Position numbers and translations under genes: made by a program. A DNA stretch of 64,000 nt from a virus: positions 7,159 through 71,158 of the IMG/VR virus record IMGVR_UViG_3300008267_005791, one strand, 5' to 3'. Positions 11,797 to 21,800 of the stretch are shown piece after piece (the stretch's first letter is position 1; each line of letters starts with the position of its first letter). Below the pieces are notes generated by a model. That model saw only the letters and a program-made list of their open reading frames with translations. It made no database searches and was not told where the DNA came from.

Positions 11797-12564
11797 ATGA
11801 AAATTTGTTTTGCAACTGAAGTTACATATCCTAATTATGTAAAAAGACTTAAGTTATCATCATTAAAAGATTTTTTAGATAAAAAATTATATGATTTTGA
11901 TATATCATATTATATTTCAACAAACCTCCCTAATGAGTTTAGTGAATATGAATCAAATAATTTTATTAAAATTTTTAATATTGAGGATTTACGTAAAAAT
12001 AATCTTAAATCAAAAGAGTTAGAATTATTACCGGAAGACCCTCGAGGGTTATACCCATCAAGATATCCTTGGAATTTAAGACGTTTTATCGTTGAGCAAG
12101 CGGCAATTGATGGTTTTGATTATATTATATATGTTGATGCCGATAATCAATTTCACATACATTTAACAGGTGAGGAAATTTTTAATGAATTAAAATTAAA
12201 ATATGAACCAAATACCGTTAAAACAAATTCAGCAATTTTTAAATATTCAAATAAAACACCTGATGATGTTTTTAATTATCACGATGATTATATTAATCAT
12301 TTTAATTTAAATTTTAATGTTGATGATTACGATACAATAGATGGTCCTTGTCAAGTTTTTATTGGTGATACCAATCAAGATATTATTAGATTTGTTGATA
12401 ATTGGCATAAGTACACAACTTTTGGGTATGAAAAAGAATTTGGTTATGGTTACGGTAATAATAAACACGGAAACTTATCTTTTGTTATTCCAATATCCGG
12501 ATTTAAATTAAAATGGGAATCATTCCCATTTTATCCAAATCATAAAGTAGAAGATAGATATTAA
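11797..12564 (+). CDS. Putative GT-A fold glycosyltransferase
   Basis: FDYIIYVDAD (DxD) preceded by YYISTN; lies inside the GT operon. Confidence 0.6.
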   Translation: MKICFATEVTYPNYVKRLKLSSLKDFLDKKLYDFDISYYISTNLPNEFSEYESNNFIKIFNIEDLRKNNLKSKELELLPEDPRGLYPSRYPWNLRRFIVEQAAIDGFDYIIYVDADNQFHIHLTGEEIFNELKLKYEPNTVKTNSAIFKYSNKTPDDVFNYHDDYINHFNLNFNVDDYDTIDGPCQVFIGDTNQDIIRFVDNWHKYTTFGYEKEFGYGYGNNKHGNLSFVIPISGFKLKWESFPFYPNHKVEDRY

Positions 12565-12566
12565 TT

Positions 12567-14084
12567 ATGTTTAAAATATTAGATTATAAATTAGCGGATA
12601 AGGGGTATTACATTAATTTACCATCATCTACTGATAGAAACCAAAAAATAAAAGAATTAATGTTACAATATAACATTGAGGGTTTAAATAGGTTTGAGGC
12701 ATTAACAGATGAAATGATACAATATTCGTGTACAAAAAGTCATTTAGAGATTTTTAAGCAATCATTAAATGAGGATTTGTCTATAATCTTTGTTGGTGAG
12801 GACGATTTTAATATTGAGGACGAATGTTATTTCCCGTATAATAAAATTAAAAAATTTAGTGATGTTCTTATAGATGTTTACACCGATTTACAAAATGTAG
12901 AATGGGATGTGGTTTTATTAGGTTGTAACCCTAAATCACAAATACGTCCAATAACTAATAATCTTGGTGTTGTAGATAAGAGTACCGGAGCTTGGAGTTA
13001 TTTAATTAAGAAAAGAGCTTATGAATATATTTTAGAAAATTCAAATTATAAAAGAGACTACATTGCTATTGACGATTATCTACCTTTATTAAATAGTAAG
13101 GGGTTTATAACTTTAACTACAATACCTTTATGTATTAATCATGCTGTTGGTTTTGAATCTACTTTACAACCCAGAGGTCCTGTTAATTATAATGGATGGA
13201 TTCAAGGTAGTTATCATAAATTTTTATATGATAGATATCCAAATGGTGTTTTTACAGATTTTAAAATAGAAAAAGAGTTAACTGTTGTTGTTGCTGGTCA
13301 TTTTGTAGAAAATCATCAATACTATTTAAATTATTTATTACATAGTTTACCTAACGAGATATTAAAATGTAAATTCATAATACATTATGATAAATCTGGA
13401 AATGAAGATATTAATAGTGAAATTGTTAAGTTAAATGCATATTTTAGAGATGTTAAGTCAGATTTAAATACGGAGTTATCGTTTAGTTTTGGTGGTTTAA
13501 TATCAACAATTGATAATATTTTACCAAAAATAAAAACACCTTACTTTTTATTTTTAGAACACGATTGGGTTTTTTTAGAAAAAGATAATATTAATTTTAG
13601 CGACTTATTAAAAGCATTTAATAATCATAATTTTATAAATGCTGTTTGGTTTGCAAAAGATGATAACATTATGAGAGGGTTTGAAATTGCTAGAGATGTA
13701 GAAGATAAAACAACACCATTTGAAAAAGAAACTAGAGTAACAGAAATTGATTTAGTTACAACTTGTAGGTGGTCTAATAACCCCGTCATTTTTAGAACTT
13801 TAAAAATGGAAGATTGGTATTATAATATAATAAAAAACCAATATGTTGGTGTTTCTCATCAAAGTTGTCACAATGTTGAAGAAACTATGATACCTCATTA
13901 CAGAAAGATTATTAGTGAAAATAAATGGGTTGATATTAGAGATGATTGGGGTACCTTTTTATATGGTGATATAGGTGAAGGTCCTTATGTTGGACATACA
14001 GATGCGTCAAGACGATATCAAGGACAATCAAAATCACAACCTGAAATAAATGGTGAAAACTATATTAAAAATAATCCTCTGTAA
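12567..14084 (+). CDS. Two-domain glycosyltransferase: GT25-like N-terminus plus GT2-like C-terminus
   Basis: YYINL..STDR, CTKSH, VGEDD and AYLI-like/IDDY motifs (GT25); second domain has TPYFLFLEHDW and WSNNP. Confidence 0.75.
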   Translation: MFKILDYKLADKGYYINLPSSTDRNQKIKELMLQYNIEGLNRFEALTDEMIQYSCTKSHLEIFKQSLNEDLSIIFVGEDDFNIEDECYFPYNKIKKFSDVLIDVYTDLQNVEWDVVLLGCNPKSQIRPITNNLGVVDKSTGAWSYLIKKRAYEYILENSNYKRDYIAIDDYLPLLNSKGFITLTTIPLCINHAVGFESTLQPRGPVNYNGWIQGSYHKFLYDRYPNGVFTDFKIEKELTVVVAGHFVENHQYYLNYLLHSLPNEILKCKFIIHYDKSGNEDINSEIVKLNAYFRDVKSDLNTELSFSFGGLISTIDNILPKIKTPYFLFLEHDWVFLEKDNINFSDLLKAFNNHNFINAVWFAKDDNIMRGFEIARDVEDKTTPFEKETRVTEIDLVTTCRWSNNPVIFRTLKMEDWYYNIIKNQYVGVSHQSCHNVEETMIPHYRKIISENKWVDIRDDWGTFLYGDIGEGPYVGHTDASRRYQGQSKSQPEINGENYIKNNPL

Positions 14085-14086
14085 AT

Positions 14087-14704
14087 ATGAATATAAATTT
14101 ATTTACCGGTTGGTTTTATGAACCAAAAAATACAATTAGAGAAGATGAATTTAATTTTTGTTACGAAAAAAATAAAAAATTAAATTTTGGTCAATATTAT
14201 ATAAATAAAACTAAAAGACCAACATATAATTCATTTTTAAACGAAATGAAAAAATACCCTAACGATATTAATATAATTGCAAACCCCGATAATTTTTTTG
14301 ATGATAAATTTTTAAATGATTTACACGAATTATATTCTAATTATACAAAAAAAGAAAAATTATGTTTAGGTTTAACAAGATGGAATTATTTCAACGAGGA
14401 TGATATTAGATATTTTAACGCTAAAGATTCTCAAGATGTTTTTATATTTTATGGTTCAGTTGATTTAAATAATTATGAAGAAATACCTTTAGGTAGACCT
14501 GGGTGTGATAATAGATTTGCGTCGATATTAATATATGATTTAAATATGGACGTATTTAATCCAAGTAAGGACTTAAAATATTATCATTACCATCCATCAG
14601 ATGATTCAACAAGGACTTATTTAAATGAAAAAGGTGAAAGGATTGAATTTGTTATAGGAGCTCACGAATTTGTTTATTTATGTTCATTAAACGACATTAA
14701 GTAA
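14087..14704 (+). CDS. Putative glycosyltransferase-like protein
   Basis: IIANPDNFFD, SQDVFIF, LGRPGCDNR and YHYH motifs; operon context. Confidence 0.5.
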   Translation: MNINLFTGWFYEPKNTIREDEFNFCYEKNKKLNFGQYYINKTKRPTYNSFLNEMKKYPNDINIIANPDNFFDDKFLNDLHELYSNYTKKEKLCLGLTRWNYFNEDDIRYFNAKDSQDVFIFYGSVDLNNYEEIPLGRPGCDNRFASILIYDLNMDVFNPSKDLKYYHYHPSDDSTRTYLNEKGERIEFVIGAHEFVYLCSLNDIK

Positions 14705-14748
14705 CAAAATTGTAAAAATGAAGAATAAGTTAAATAAAATAATGTTAT

Positions 14749-15300
14749 ATGAAATTATTAAACATAATAACACCTTGCAGTAGACCTCAAAATCTACACC
14801 TAATATCAAAAAGTATTAATATCCCAAGTGAAAATTATAGATGGATTATTGTTTTTGATTCATTAACTTTACCCGATAAAAGTTATATACCGGATAATTG
14901 TGAATATTATTTACATAAAAATAAAGATAGTGTATTCGGTAATAGTCAAAGAAATTTTGCATTAGATTTAGTGAAAATGGGACACATTTATTTTAACGAT
15001 GATGATACATTAATTCATCCTGAATTATGGGATAATGTTAAAGATTGTGATGAAGACTTCATAAGTTTTAAACAATCTTATAATGATGGGGGTGTAAGAT
15101 TAAATGGTAATTTAATTAAATTATGTCATATTGATAGTCATAATTTTATAACATCATATGATTTAGTGGAAGATATTAGATTTGAATTACCTCATTATAA
15201 TTCGGATGGAATATTTGCCGTTAAATGTTATGATAAGACAAAAACAAAAAAATATATAAATAAATCTTTATCAATTTATAATCAATTAAATTACATATAA
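14749..15300 (+). CDS. Glycosyltransferase (GT2/GT43-like)
   Basis: IITPCSRP, WIIVFD, QRNFALD and IYFNDDD motifs. Confidence 0.7.
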   Translation: MKLLNIITPCSRPQNLHLISKSINIPSENYRWIIVFDSLTLPDKSYIPDNCEYYLHKNKDSVFGNSQRNFALDLVKMGHIYFNDDDTLIHPELWDNVKDCDEDFISFKQSYNDGGVRLNGNLIKLCHIDSHNFITSYDLVEDIRFELPHYNSDGIFAVKCYDKTKTKKYINKSLSIYNQLNYI

Positions 15301-15314
15301 TATAGTACAAAAAA

Positions 15315-17657
15315 ATGGGAAACAAATTAAATGAAATAATGAATTTTCATAACAAACAAGTGGATTCATCAATTATTAATCAAGACCAAGTTAAAAAATT
15401 AGTTGAGTATTTGTTAGACGCTATCGAAAATAATATAGATGGTGATGTTGTTGAATTAGGTTGTTATGTTGGTGAATCAAGTAAATACTTAATGAAAACA
15501 TTAGTGGAGACAAATTCTGATAAAAAATTGTATGTATATGATTCATTTGAAGGATTACCTGATTTATCCAAATGGGAGATAAACACCGGTTGGAGACCAA
15601 GAACATTAGTGACAAGTGAAGATGTTTTAACAAGTAATTTTATTGAAAATAATTTACCAACACCAATAATAACTAAAGGGTGGTTTAAAGATATTCCGGA
15701 AGATAAACTACCTGAAAAAATATCGTTTGCATTTCTTGATGGTGATTTTTATGACTCAATATATGATAGTTTAGTTAAAGTTTATGATAGAGTTGTTGAT
15801 GGTGGTTATATATTTTTTCACGATTATAAAAGAAATGATTTACCTGGTGTTGAGGCGGCGATTAAAGATTTCTTTGAATTAAGAGGTATTGAAAATAATG
15901 TTATTGAGGTCGTTACTCAAGTGGGTGGATATAAAAAAAATTCAAAAATAGTTAAAATTGAAAGTATGAGTTATAGTTCTAATAATACAACAACATTAGT
16001 AACCGGTTTATGGGACATAGGTAGAGGAGACCTCCAAGAAGGATGGTCTCGTTCATTTCAACATTATTTAGACAAATTTCAACAACTATTACAAGTTGAT
16101 GTGAATATGATAATTTTTGGTGATGAAGAATTGGAAAAATTTGTATTAAACAATAGACGTAGTGAAAATACACAATTTGTTCGTAGAGATTTATCTTGGT
16201 TTAAAAATAATGATTTTTACGATAAAATTCAAAAAATAAGAACAAACCCTGATTGGTATAATCAAGTTGGGTGGTTAACGGATTCAACTCAATCTAAATT
16301 AGAAATGTATAATCCTTTAGTTATGTCAAAAGTTTATCTTTTACATGACGCAAAGATTTTAGATAAATTTGATTCAGAATATATGTTTTGGATTGATGCC
16401 GGTTTAACTAACACAATTCACCCGGGATACTTCACTCATGATAAAGTTTTAGATAAATTACCCCAATTAGTAAAGAGTTTTCATTTTGTTTGTTTCCCTT
16501 ATGAAACCAATAGCGAAATTCACGGATTCAAATACCAAGAGTTATGTGAATTAGCCGGTAAACCTGTTAATATGGTTGCTAGAGCAGGTTTCTTTGGTGG
16601 AAAAAAAGATGTTATATCGGAAATTAACACCATTTATTACGGATTAATGAATGAAACACTTTCAAATGGGTTAATGGGTACTGAAGAATCGTTATTCACT
16701 ATTATGACATACAAGTACCCAAACTTAATTACTTATTCAGAAATAGAGGGTAATGGGTTAATGGGTAAGTTTTTTGAAGATTTAAAAGATATGACGGTTG
16801 AGGTTAAATCGGAAATATCTAAAAATGTTATTGTAAATAATTTAGACACATCAAAAGTTGGTCTTTATGTTATTACATTTAACTCACCAAAACAATTGGA
16901 AGTTCTTATCCAATCTATGTTGGATTATGATAAAGATTTTATAGAGAAACCAAAAAAATTCTTATTAGATAACTCAACTGATTTATCAACAACACCGAGA
17001 TACATAGAATTGTGTGAACAATATGGTTTTGAACACATTAAAAAAGATAATATTGGTATTGTTGGTGGTAGAGTATTTGTTGCCGAACATTTTGATGAAA
17101 CTGACTTAGATTGTTATTGGTGGTTTGAAGATGATATGGCATTTTACCCTAAAAAGGGTGAGGTTTGTAGAAATGGGTTTCCCCGTTTTGTGGATAACTT
17201 ATATCAGAAATCATTAGATATACTTGCTAAAGAAAATTTTGATTTTCTTAAACTTAATTTTAGTGAATTTTTTGGTGACAATAGTGTACAATGGAGTTGG
17301 TATAATGTACCTCAAGATTTTAGACAAAAGCATTGGCCAAACAATCCCAAATTACCTGTACAAGGTTTAGACCCAAATTCACCAAAAACAAAATTTGATG
17401 AAATTCATATCCACAAAGGTTTACCATATGTTACCGGAGAAGTCTATCTTTCAAATTGGCCAATTGTATTATCAAAAGAAGGTAATTACAAATGTTATTT
17501 AGAAACAAAGTGGGCTCATCCGTTTGAACAGACACTAATGTCTTATAGTTATCAAGAAACCGTTAAAGGAAAAATTTATCCGGGATTGTTGTTACTAACA
17601 CCCACTGAGCACAATCGCTTTGACCATTACGACGGTTCGTTAAGAAAAGAGAGTTAA
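15315..17657 (+). CDS. Three-domain fusion: TylF/MycF/NovP O-methyltransferase + HtrL/WlaTC-like GT + GT2-like domain
   Basis: GDVVELGCYVG, YDSFEGLP, KGWFKD and LDGDFYDS (TylF); TLVTGLWDIGR..RSF..Y and FWIDAG (HtrL); YVITFNSP and WFEDDM (GT-A). Confidence 0.8.
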   Translation: MGNKLNEIMNFHNKQVDSSIINQDQVKKLVEYLLDAIENNIDGDVVELGCYVGESSKYLMKTLVETNSDKKLYVYDSFEGLPDLSKWEINTGWRPRTLVTSEDVLTSNFIENNLPTPIITKGWFKDIPEDKLPEKISFAFLDGDFYDSIYDSLVKVYDRVVDGGYIFFHDYKRNDLPGVEAAIKDFFELRGIENNVIEVVTQVGGYKKNSKIVKIESMSYSSNNTTTLVTGLWDIGRGDLQEGWSRSFQHYLDKFQQLLQVDVNMIIFGDEELEKFVLNNRRSENTQFVRRDLSWFKNNDFYDKIQKIRTNPDWYNQVGWLTDSTQSKLEMYNPLVMSKVYLLHDAKILDKFDSEYMFWIDAGLTNTIHPGYFTHDKVLDKLPQLVKSFHFVCFPYETNSEIHGFKYQELCELAGKPVNMVARAGFFGGKKDVISEINTIYYGLMNETLSNGLMGTEESLFTIMTYKYPNLITYSEIEGNGLMGKFFEDLKDMTVEVKSEISKNVIVNNLDTSKVGLYVITFNSPKQLEVLIQSMLDYDKDFIEKPKKFLLDNSTDLSTTPRYIELCEQYGFEHIKKDNIGIVGGRVFVAEHFDETDLDCYWWFEDDMAFYPKKGEVCRNGFPRFVDNLYQKSLDILAKENFDFLKLNFSEFFGDNSVQWSWYNVPQDFRQKHWPNNPKLPVQGLDPNSPKTKFDEIHIHKGLPYVTGEVYLSNWPIVLSKEGNYKCYLETKWAHPFEQTLMSYSYQETVKGKIYPGLLLLTPTEHNRFDHYDGSLRKES

Positions 17658-17681
17658 ATCATTTATTTTTAAAAATCCAAC

Positions 17682-17689
17682 TATTTATA
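17682..17689 (+). promoter_or_regulatory. TATTTATA putative late promoter
   Basis: Recurrent motif upstream of structural genes (see findings). Confidence 0.45.
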
Positions 17690-17703
17690 ATAAAAAATAA
17701 TAG

Positions 17704-18807
17704 ATGGATTTTTTTATTAAGAAAAACTCGACTTTACCTGTTTTAAAATTCCAAGTCGTAAAAGATGGAAGAAGTGATTACAATAATTTTATGAAAACCA
17801 TAGAGTTATCGTCAATTTTCTTCTCAATGGTAGATGTAGAAACGGGAATACCAAAAATTACTTCAAGACCTGGCGGATTTGTTGAAAAAACCTCAATGGA
17901 CCCCAATTCCGAACCAGAATATTACATATATTATCAATTCACATCCAAAGACACCAATCGTGTTGGTAGATATGAGGGTGAATTTATGTTAAGAAATTCT
18001 GATGGTGTACTTATCTTACCAATTAGAGAAAAACTTAATATTAATGTTCAGGAATCTTTCGTTGCCGATGATTTGGTTTATGATAGTTGTTATGTTTCAG
18101 AATTCCCTTGCTGTGTTAACGAACCAACAGTTTTGGTGGAAAGTATTAATAGAACATATCAATTAGGGAGACAATATGTTCCGGATGAAAGAGACCACAA
18201 ATATTCAATTAATAATCTTTTAAGTGCAACACCTATTAAACTTACCAACAGATATTGGGATGATAATGGATGGTGGGGTAATCAAGGTAATACACCCCAA
18301 TGTGTAGGATATGCTTGGGCTCATTGGTTAGAAGATGGTCCGGTTCCTCAAAGTGGTATCGCTCCAATAATACCCCCAAGAGTTATTTACGAAAACGCTC
18401 AAAAAGTTGATGAATGGGTTGGTGAGAATTATGCCGGAACCTCAGTTAGAGGTGGTGTTAAATATTTAAAAAGTGTTGGTAAAGTTTCTTCTTATTATTG
18501 GGGGTTTAATTTAACATCATTAATTAATTCTGTTTTAAATTTAGGTCCTGTTGTTGTTGGAACTAATTGGTATACCGGAATGTTTTACCCTAATAGAAAT
18601 GGTTTAATTAAAATTAGTGGTCGTATCGCTGGTGGACACGCTTATGTCATCAATGGTGTTAATACGGTAACAAGACTTTTTAGAATTAAAAATAGCTGGG
18701 GACAATCTTGGGGACAATCGGGTCACGCATACATTTCATTCACTGATATGGAAAGATTAATAAGAGAACGAGGTGAAATTTGTTTTGCTATTGAGGTATC
18801 TTCATAA
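17704..18807 (+). CDS. BppU-like N-terminal domain fused to papain-like (C1) cysteine peptidase
   Basis: NQGNTPQCVGYA (Gln oxyanion, catalytic Cys), GGHAY (His), IKNSWG..WG..GHAY (Asn). N-terminal FIKKNSTLP...YQF..DT...GRYEGEF resembles BppU-type Ig domains. Confidence 0.75.
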   Translation: MDFFIKKNSTLPVLKFQVVKDGRSDYNNFMKTIELSSIFFSMVDVETGIPKITSRPGGFVEKTSMDPNSEPEYYIYYQFTSKDTNRVGRYEGEFMLRNSDGVLILPIREKLNINVQESFVADDLVYDSCYVSEFPCCVNEPTVLVESINRTYQLGRQYVPDERDHKYSINNLLSATPIKLTNRYWDDNGWWGNQGNTPQCVGYAWAHWLEDGPVPQSGIAPIIPPRVIYENAQKVDEWVGENYAGTSVRGGVKYLKSVGKVSSYYWGFNLTSLINSVLNLGPVVVGTNWYTGMFYPNRNGLIKISGRIAGGHAYVINGVNTVTRLFRIKNSWGQSWGQSGHAYISFTDMERLIRERGEICFAIEVSS

Positions 18808-18829
18808 TATTATAATTTAAAAAAACAAT

Positions 18830-21800
18830 ATGTTAATAGGTCAAAAATTAGAGGTAGTTAATAATGGTGATGGAAAAATAATTATAAATTTTCAAAATTT
18901 ATCAGATTCTACATGGAGAAGACAAGTAGAGTTAGGACCAAAACAAATAAAAAGTATTTGGTGTATTAAGGGAACTTTTTCTTTCAGTAACGGTACTTCA
19001 GGTTTATTAAAAATTTTATCAGATATTAATTGGCCTCCGGAAGATTTAATTTATGTGAGAATAAAACCAACCCCAACTCCAACCCCAACAAACACCCCAA
19101 CACCAACAAACACCCCAACACCAACTCTCGAGACAATACGAGTTAAAACATATTTAGGGCCGTACACTAATCAAAATCTATCAGGAAATACAGGTAATTT
19201 TTCCGACACTAATCTATGTAATATAAAAGTTGGTTGGTTTGCTTATGGTCCAGAAGTTATAAATCTACCAATTACATCTATTGATTGTGTTAAAGGTGAT
19301 ATAACAATTGATGGTTACTTTATTGAGGACACTGAGTATGTGTTTTCCGAAAATGAATTCTTAAGTAACCCTTTAATTATATCCGCAGTAGATGATAGTG
19401 TCCCATATTTTTTAACAAATAATGTAGAAATTCCAATGTCTGGTGAAACATTATTGGTAAATTATAGTTTAAATTTAGCGGAAAATAGTTCTGATAATAT
19501 TTCAGATAGTGGTGGAATATATTTTAACAATATTGATTATAATGGTATTAATCAATCCAATTATTTTGATTCTATGGTTGGTAAGAATTTTTTACTAACA
19601 ATTAATCAAAATGAATCCGCAGCTGTGTTTAGTGGTGGGTCGGATTCAGTACAAATACTTAATGATGAAAGCGGTTATTTTATAGACACTGTTTCCGAAG
19701 CGGGGATAACATTATTAAATAAAACAATTACCGATTTCATTTTTGATGAAGTCGTATATGTTGACCTCACAATAATTTCTCCTATTAATATCTCAACAGA
19801 AACACCAACTCCAACTCCAACTTCTACTCCAACGATAACTCCAACGATAACTCCAACGATAACAATAACTCCAACACCAGGATTACCTCCTACTCCAACA
19901 CCTACATCAGGATTATTAGTAACTTTAACACCAACTCCAACACCCACATCAGAATTATCAATAACTTTAACACCAACACCTACTCAAACCCAAACAAAAA
20001 CCCCAACACCCACACCAATATTAAATGATTTAGACTTTATATCAATATGGAGGGTATCTTCTCCATCAAATAGTGTCACATTACCTTATGGACCATCCGG
20101 AACATATAGTGGTACGATAGATTGGGGGGATGGAACTACTTCTGTAAATAGATACGCAAATAGAAAACATGTTTATTCAAGTCCCGGAGATTATACAATA
20201 ACAATAAGTGGTGTATTAGTAAGATGGTCATTTAGTAATGGGGTGGATAGATTTAAAATATTATCAATTCTTAATTGGGGATGTTTAAATTTAGGGAGTA
20301 GTATTAATTGTTTTTATGGTTGTGGTAATTTAACATTAAATAATGTTAAGGACACTTTAAATTTAACTAACACAACTAATTTATCTAATTTATTTGTAAA
20401 TTGCGATAGTTTAACGACGATTAATAATGTGAATTTATGGGATGTTAGTAATGTAACTAATATGAATTTCATGTTTAGAAACACAAATTTTAATGACGAT
20501 ATCTCAAATTGGGATGTTAGTAATGTCACCACAATGCGTGCTATGTTTTGGGATTCCCCATTTGACCAACCAATAGGTGATTGGAATGTTGGGAGTGTAA
20601 CTAACATGGGTTTCATGTTTTATTCATCGTTATTTAATCAAGATATATCAAATTGGAATACCGTTAATGTGACCGACATGATTTATATGTTTGGTCTATC
20701 ACCTTTTAACCATCCTATTGGTGATTGGGATGTTAGTAATGTGACCGATATGTCTTATATGTTTTATAACACTCAATTTAACCAATCAATTGGTGATTGG
20801 AGTGTTGGGAATGTGACCACTATGAGAACTATGTTTCGTAATTCACCATTTAACCAACCAATTGGTGATTGGGATGTTAGTAATGTTACCAGTATGCGTA
20901 GTATGTTTTGGGATTCCCCATTTGACCATCCAATAGGTGATTGGAATGTTGGGAATGTAACTAATATGGAATATATGTTCTACAAATCATTATTTAATCA
21001 AGACATTTCAAATTGGAATGTTGGGAATGTAACTAATATGGAATATATGTTCTATGGGACACCATTTAACCAACCAATAGGTGGTTGGGATGTTGGTAAT
21101 GTAACCGATATGAATCAAATGTTTTATGACACCCCATTTAACCAACCAATAGGTGATTGGAATGTTGGTAATGTAATTGATATGAGAGGTATGTTTCGTT
21201 TTTCGTTTTTCAACGAAAGTATTGAGTATTGGAATGTTAGTAATGTTACAACAATGCGTAGTATGTTTTGGGGTTGTCCGTTTAATCAACCAATTAATAG
21301 TTGGAATGTTGGTAATGTAACTGATATGTGGGCAATGTTTTACAACGCATCATTTAACCAACCAATTGGTGATTGGAATGTTGGTAATGTAACTGATATG
21401 TCTTATATGTTTTACAACTCACCATTTAATCAACCAATAGGTGATTGGAATGTTGGTAATGTAACTGATATGAGTCGAATGTTTCATGAGACATCATTTA
21501 ACCAACCAATAGGTGGTTGGAATGTTGGTAATGTAACAGATATGCGTAGTATGTTTTTTAATAGTCAATTTAACCAACCAATTGGTGATTGGGATGTTAG
21601 TAATGTTACCAGTATGTGGGGTATGTTTTATTCAACAGCATTCAATCAAGATATATCAAATTGGGATATTGGTAAGGTTAGAAATATGGAATATATGCTT
21701 AACGGGACTTATATGAGTGTGATAAATTATGATAGTTTATTATTAAAATGGTCGTTATTACCTGTAAAACAATATAATGTTTTGTTAGGTGTGTCAGGAT

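Noticed and set aside
10546-17657. Glycosyltransferases as DNA hypermodification enzymes
   Set aside because: No hydroxymethylase, TET/JBP or T4 alpha/beta-glucosyltransferase is visible here, and the families and neighbourhood point to protein or surface glycans. Not formally excluded.
20438-21695. Regularly spaced repeats resembling a CRISPR array
   Set aside because: They are in-frame 72-bp coding DUF285 repeats with degenerate third positions, no unique spacers and no cas genes.
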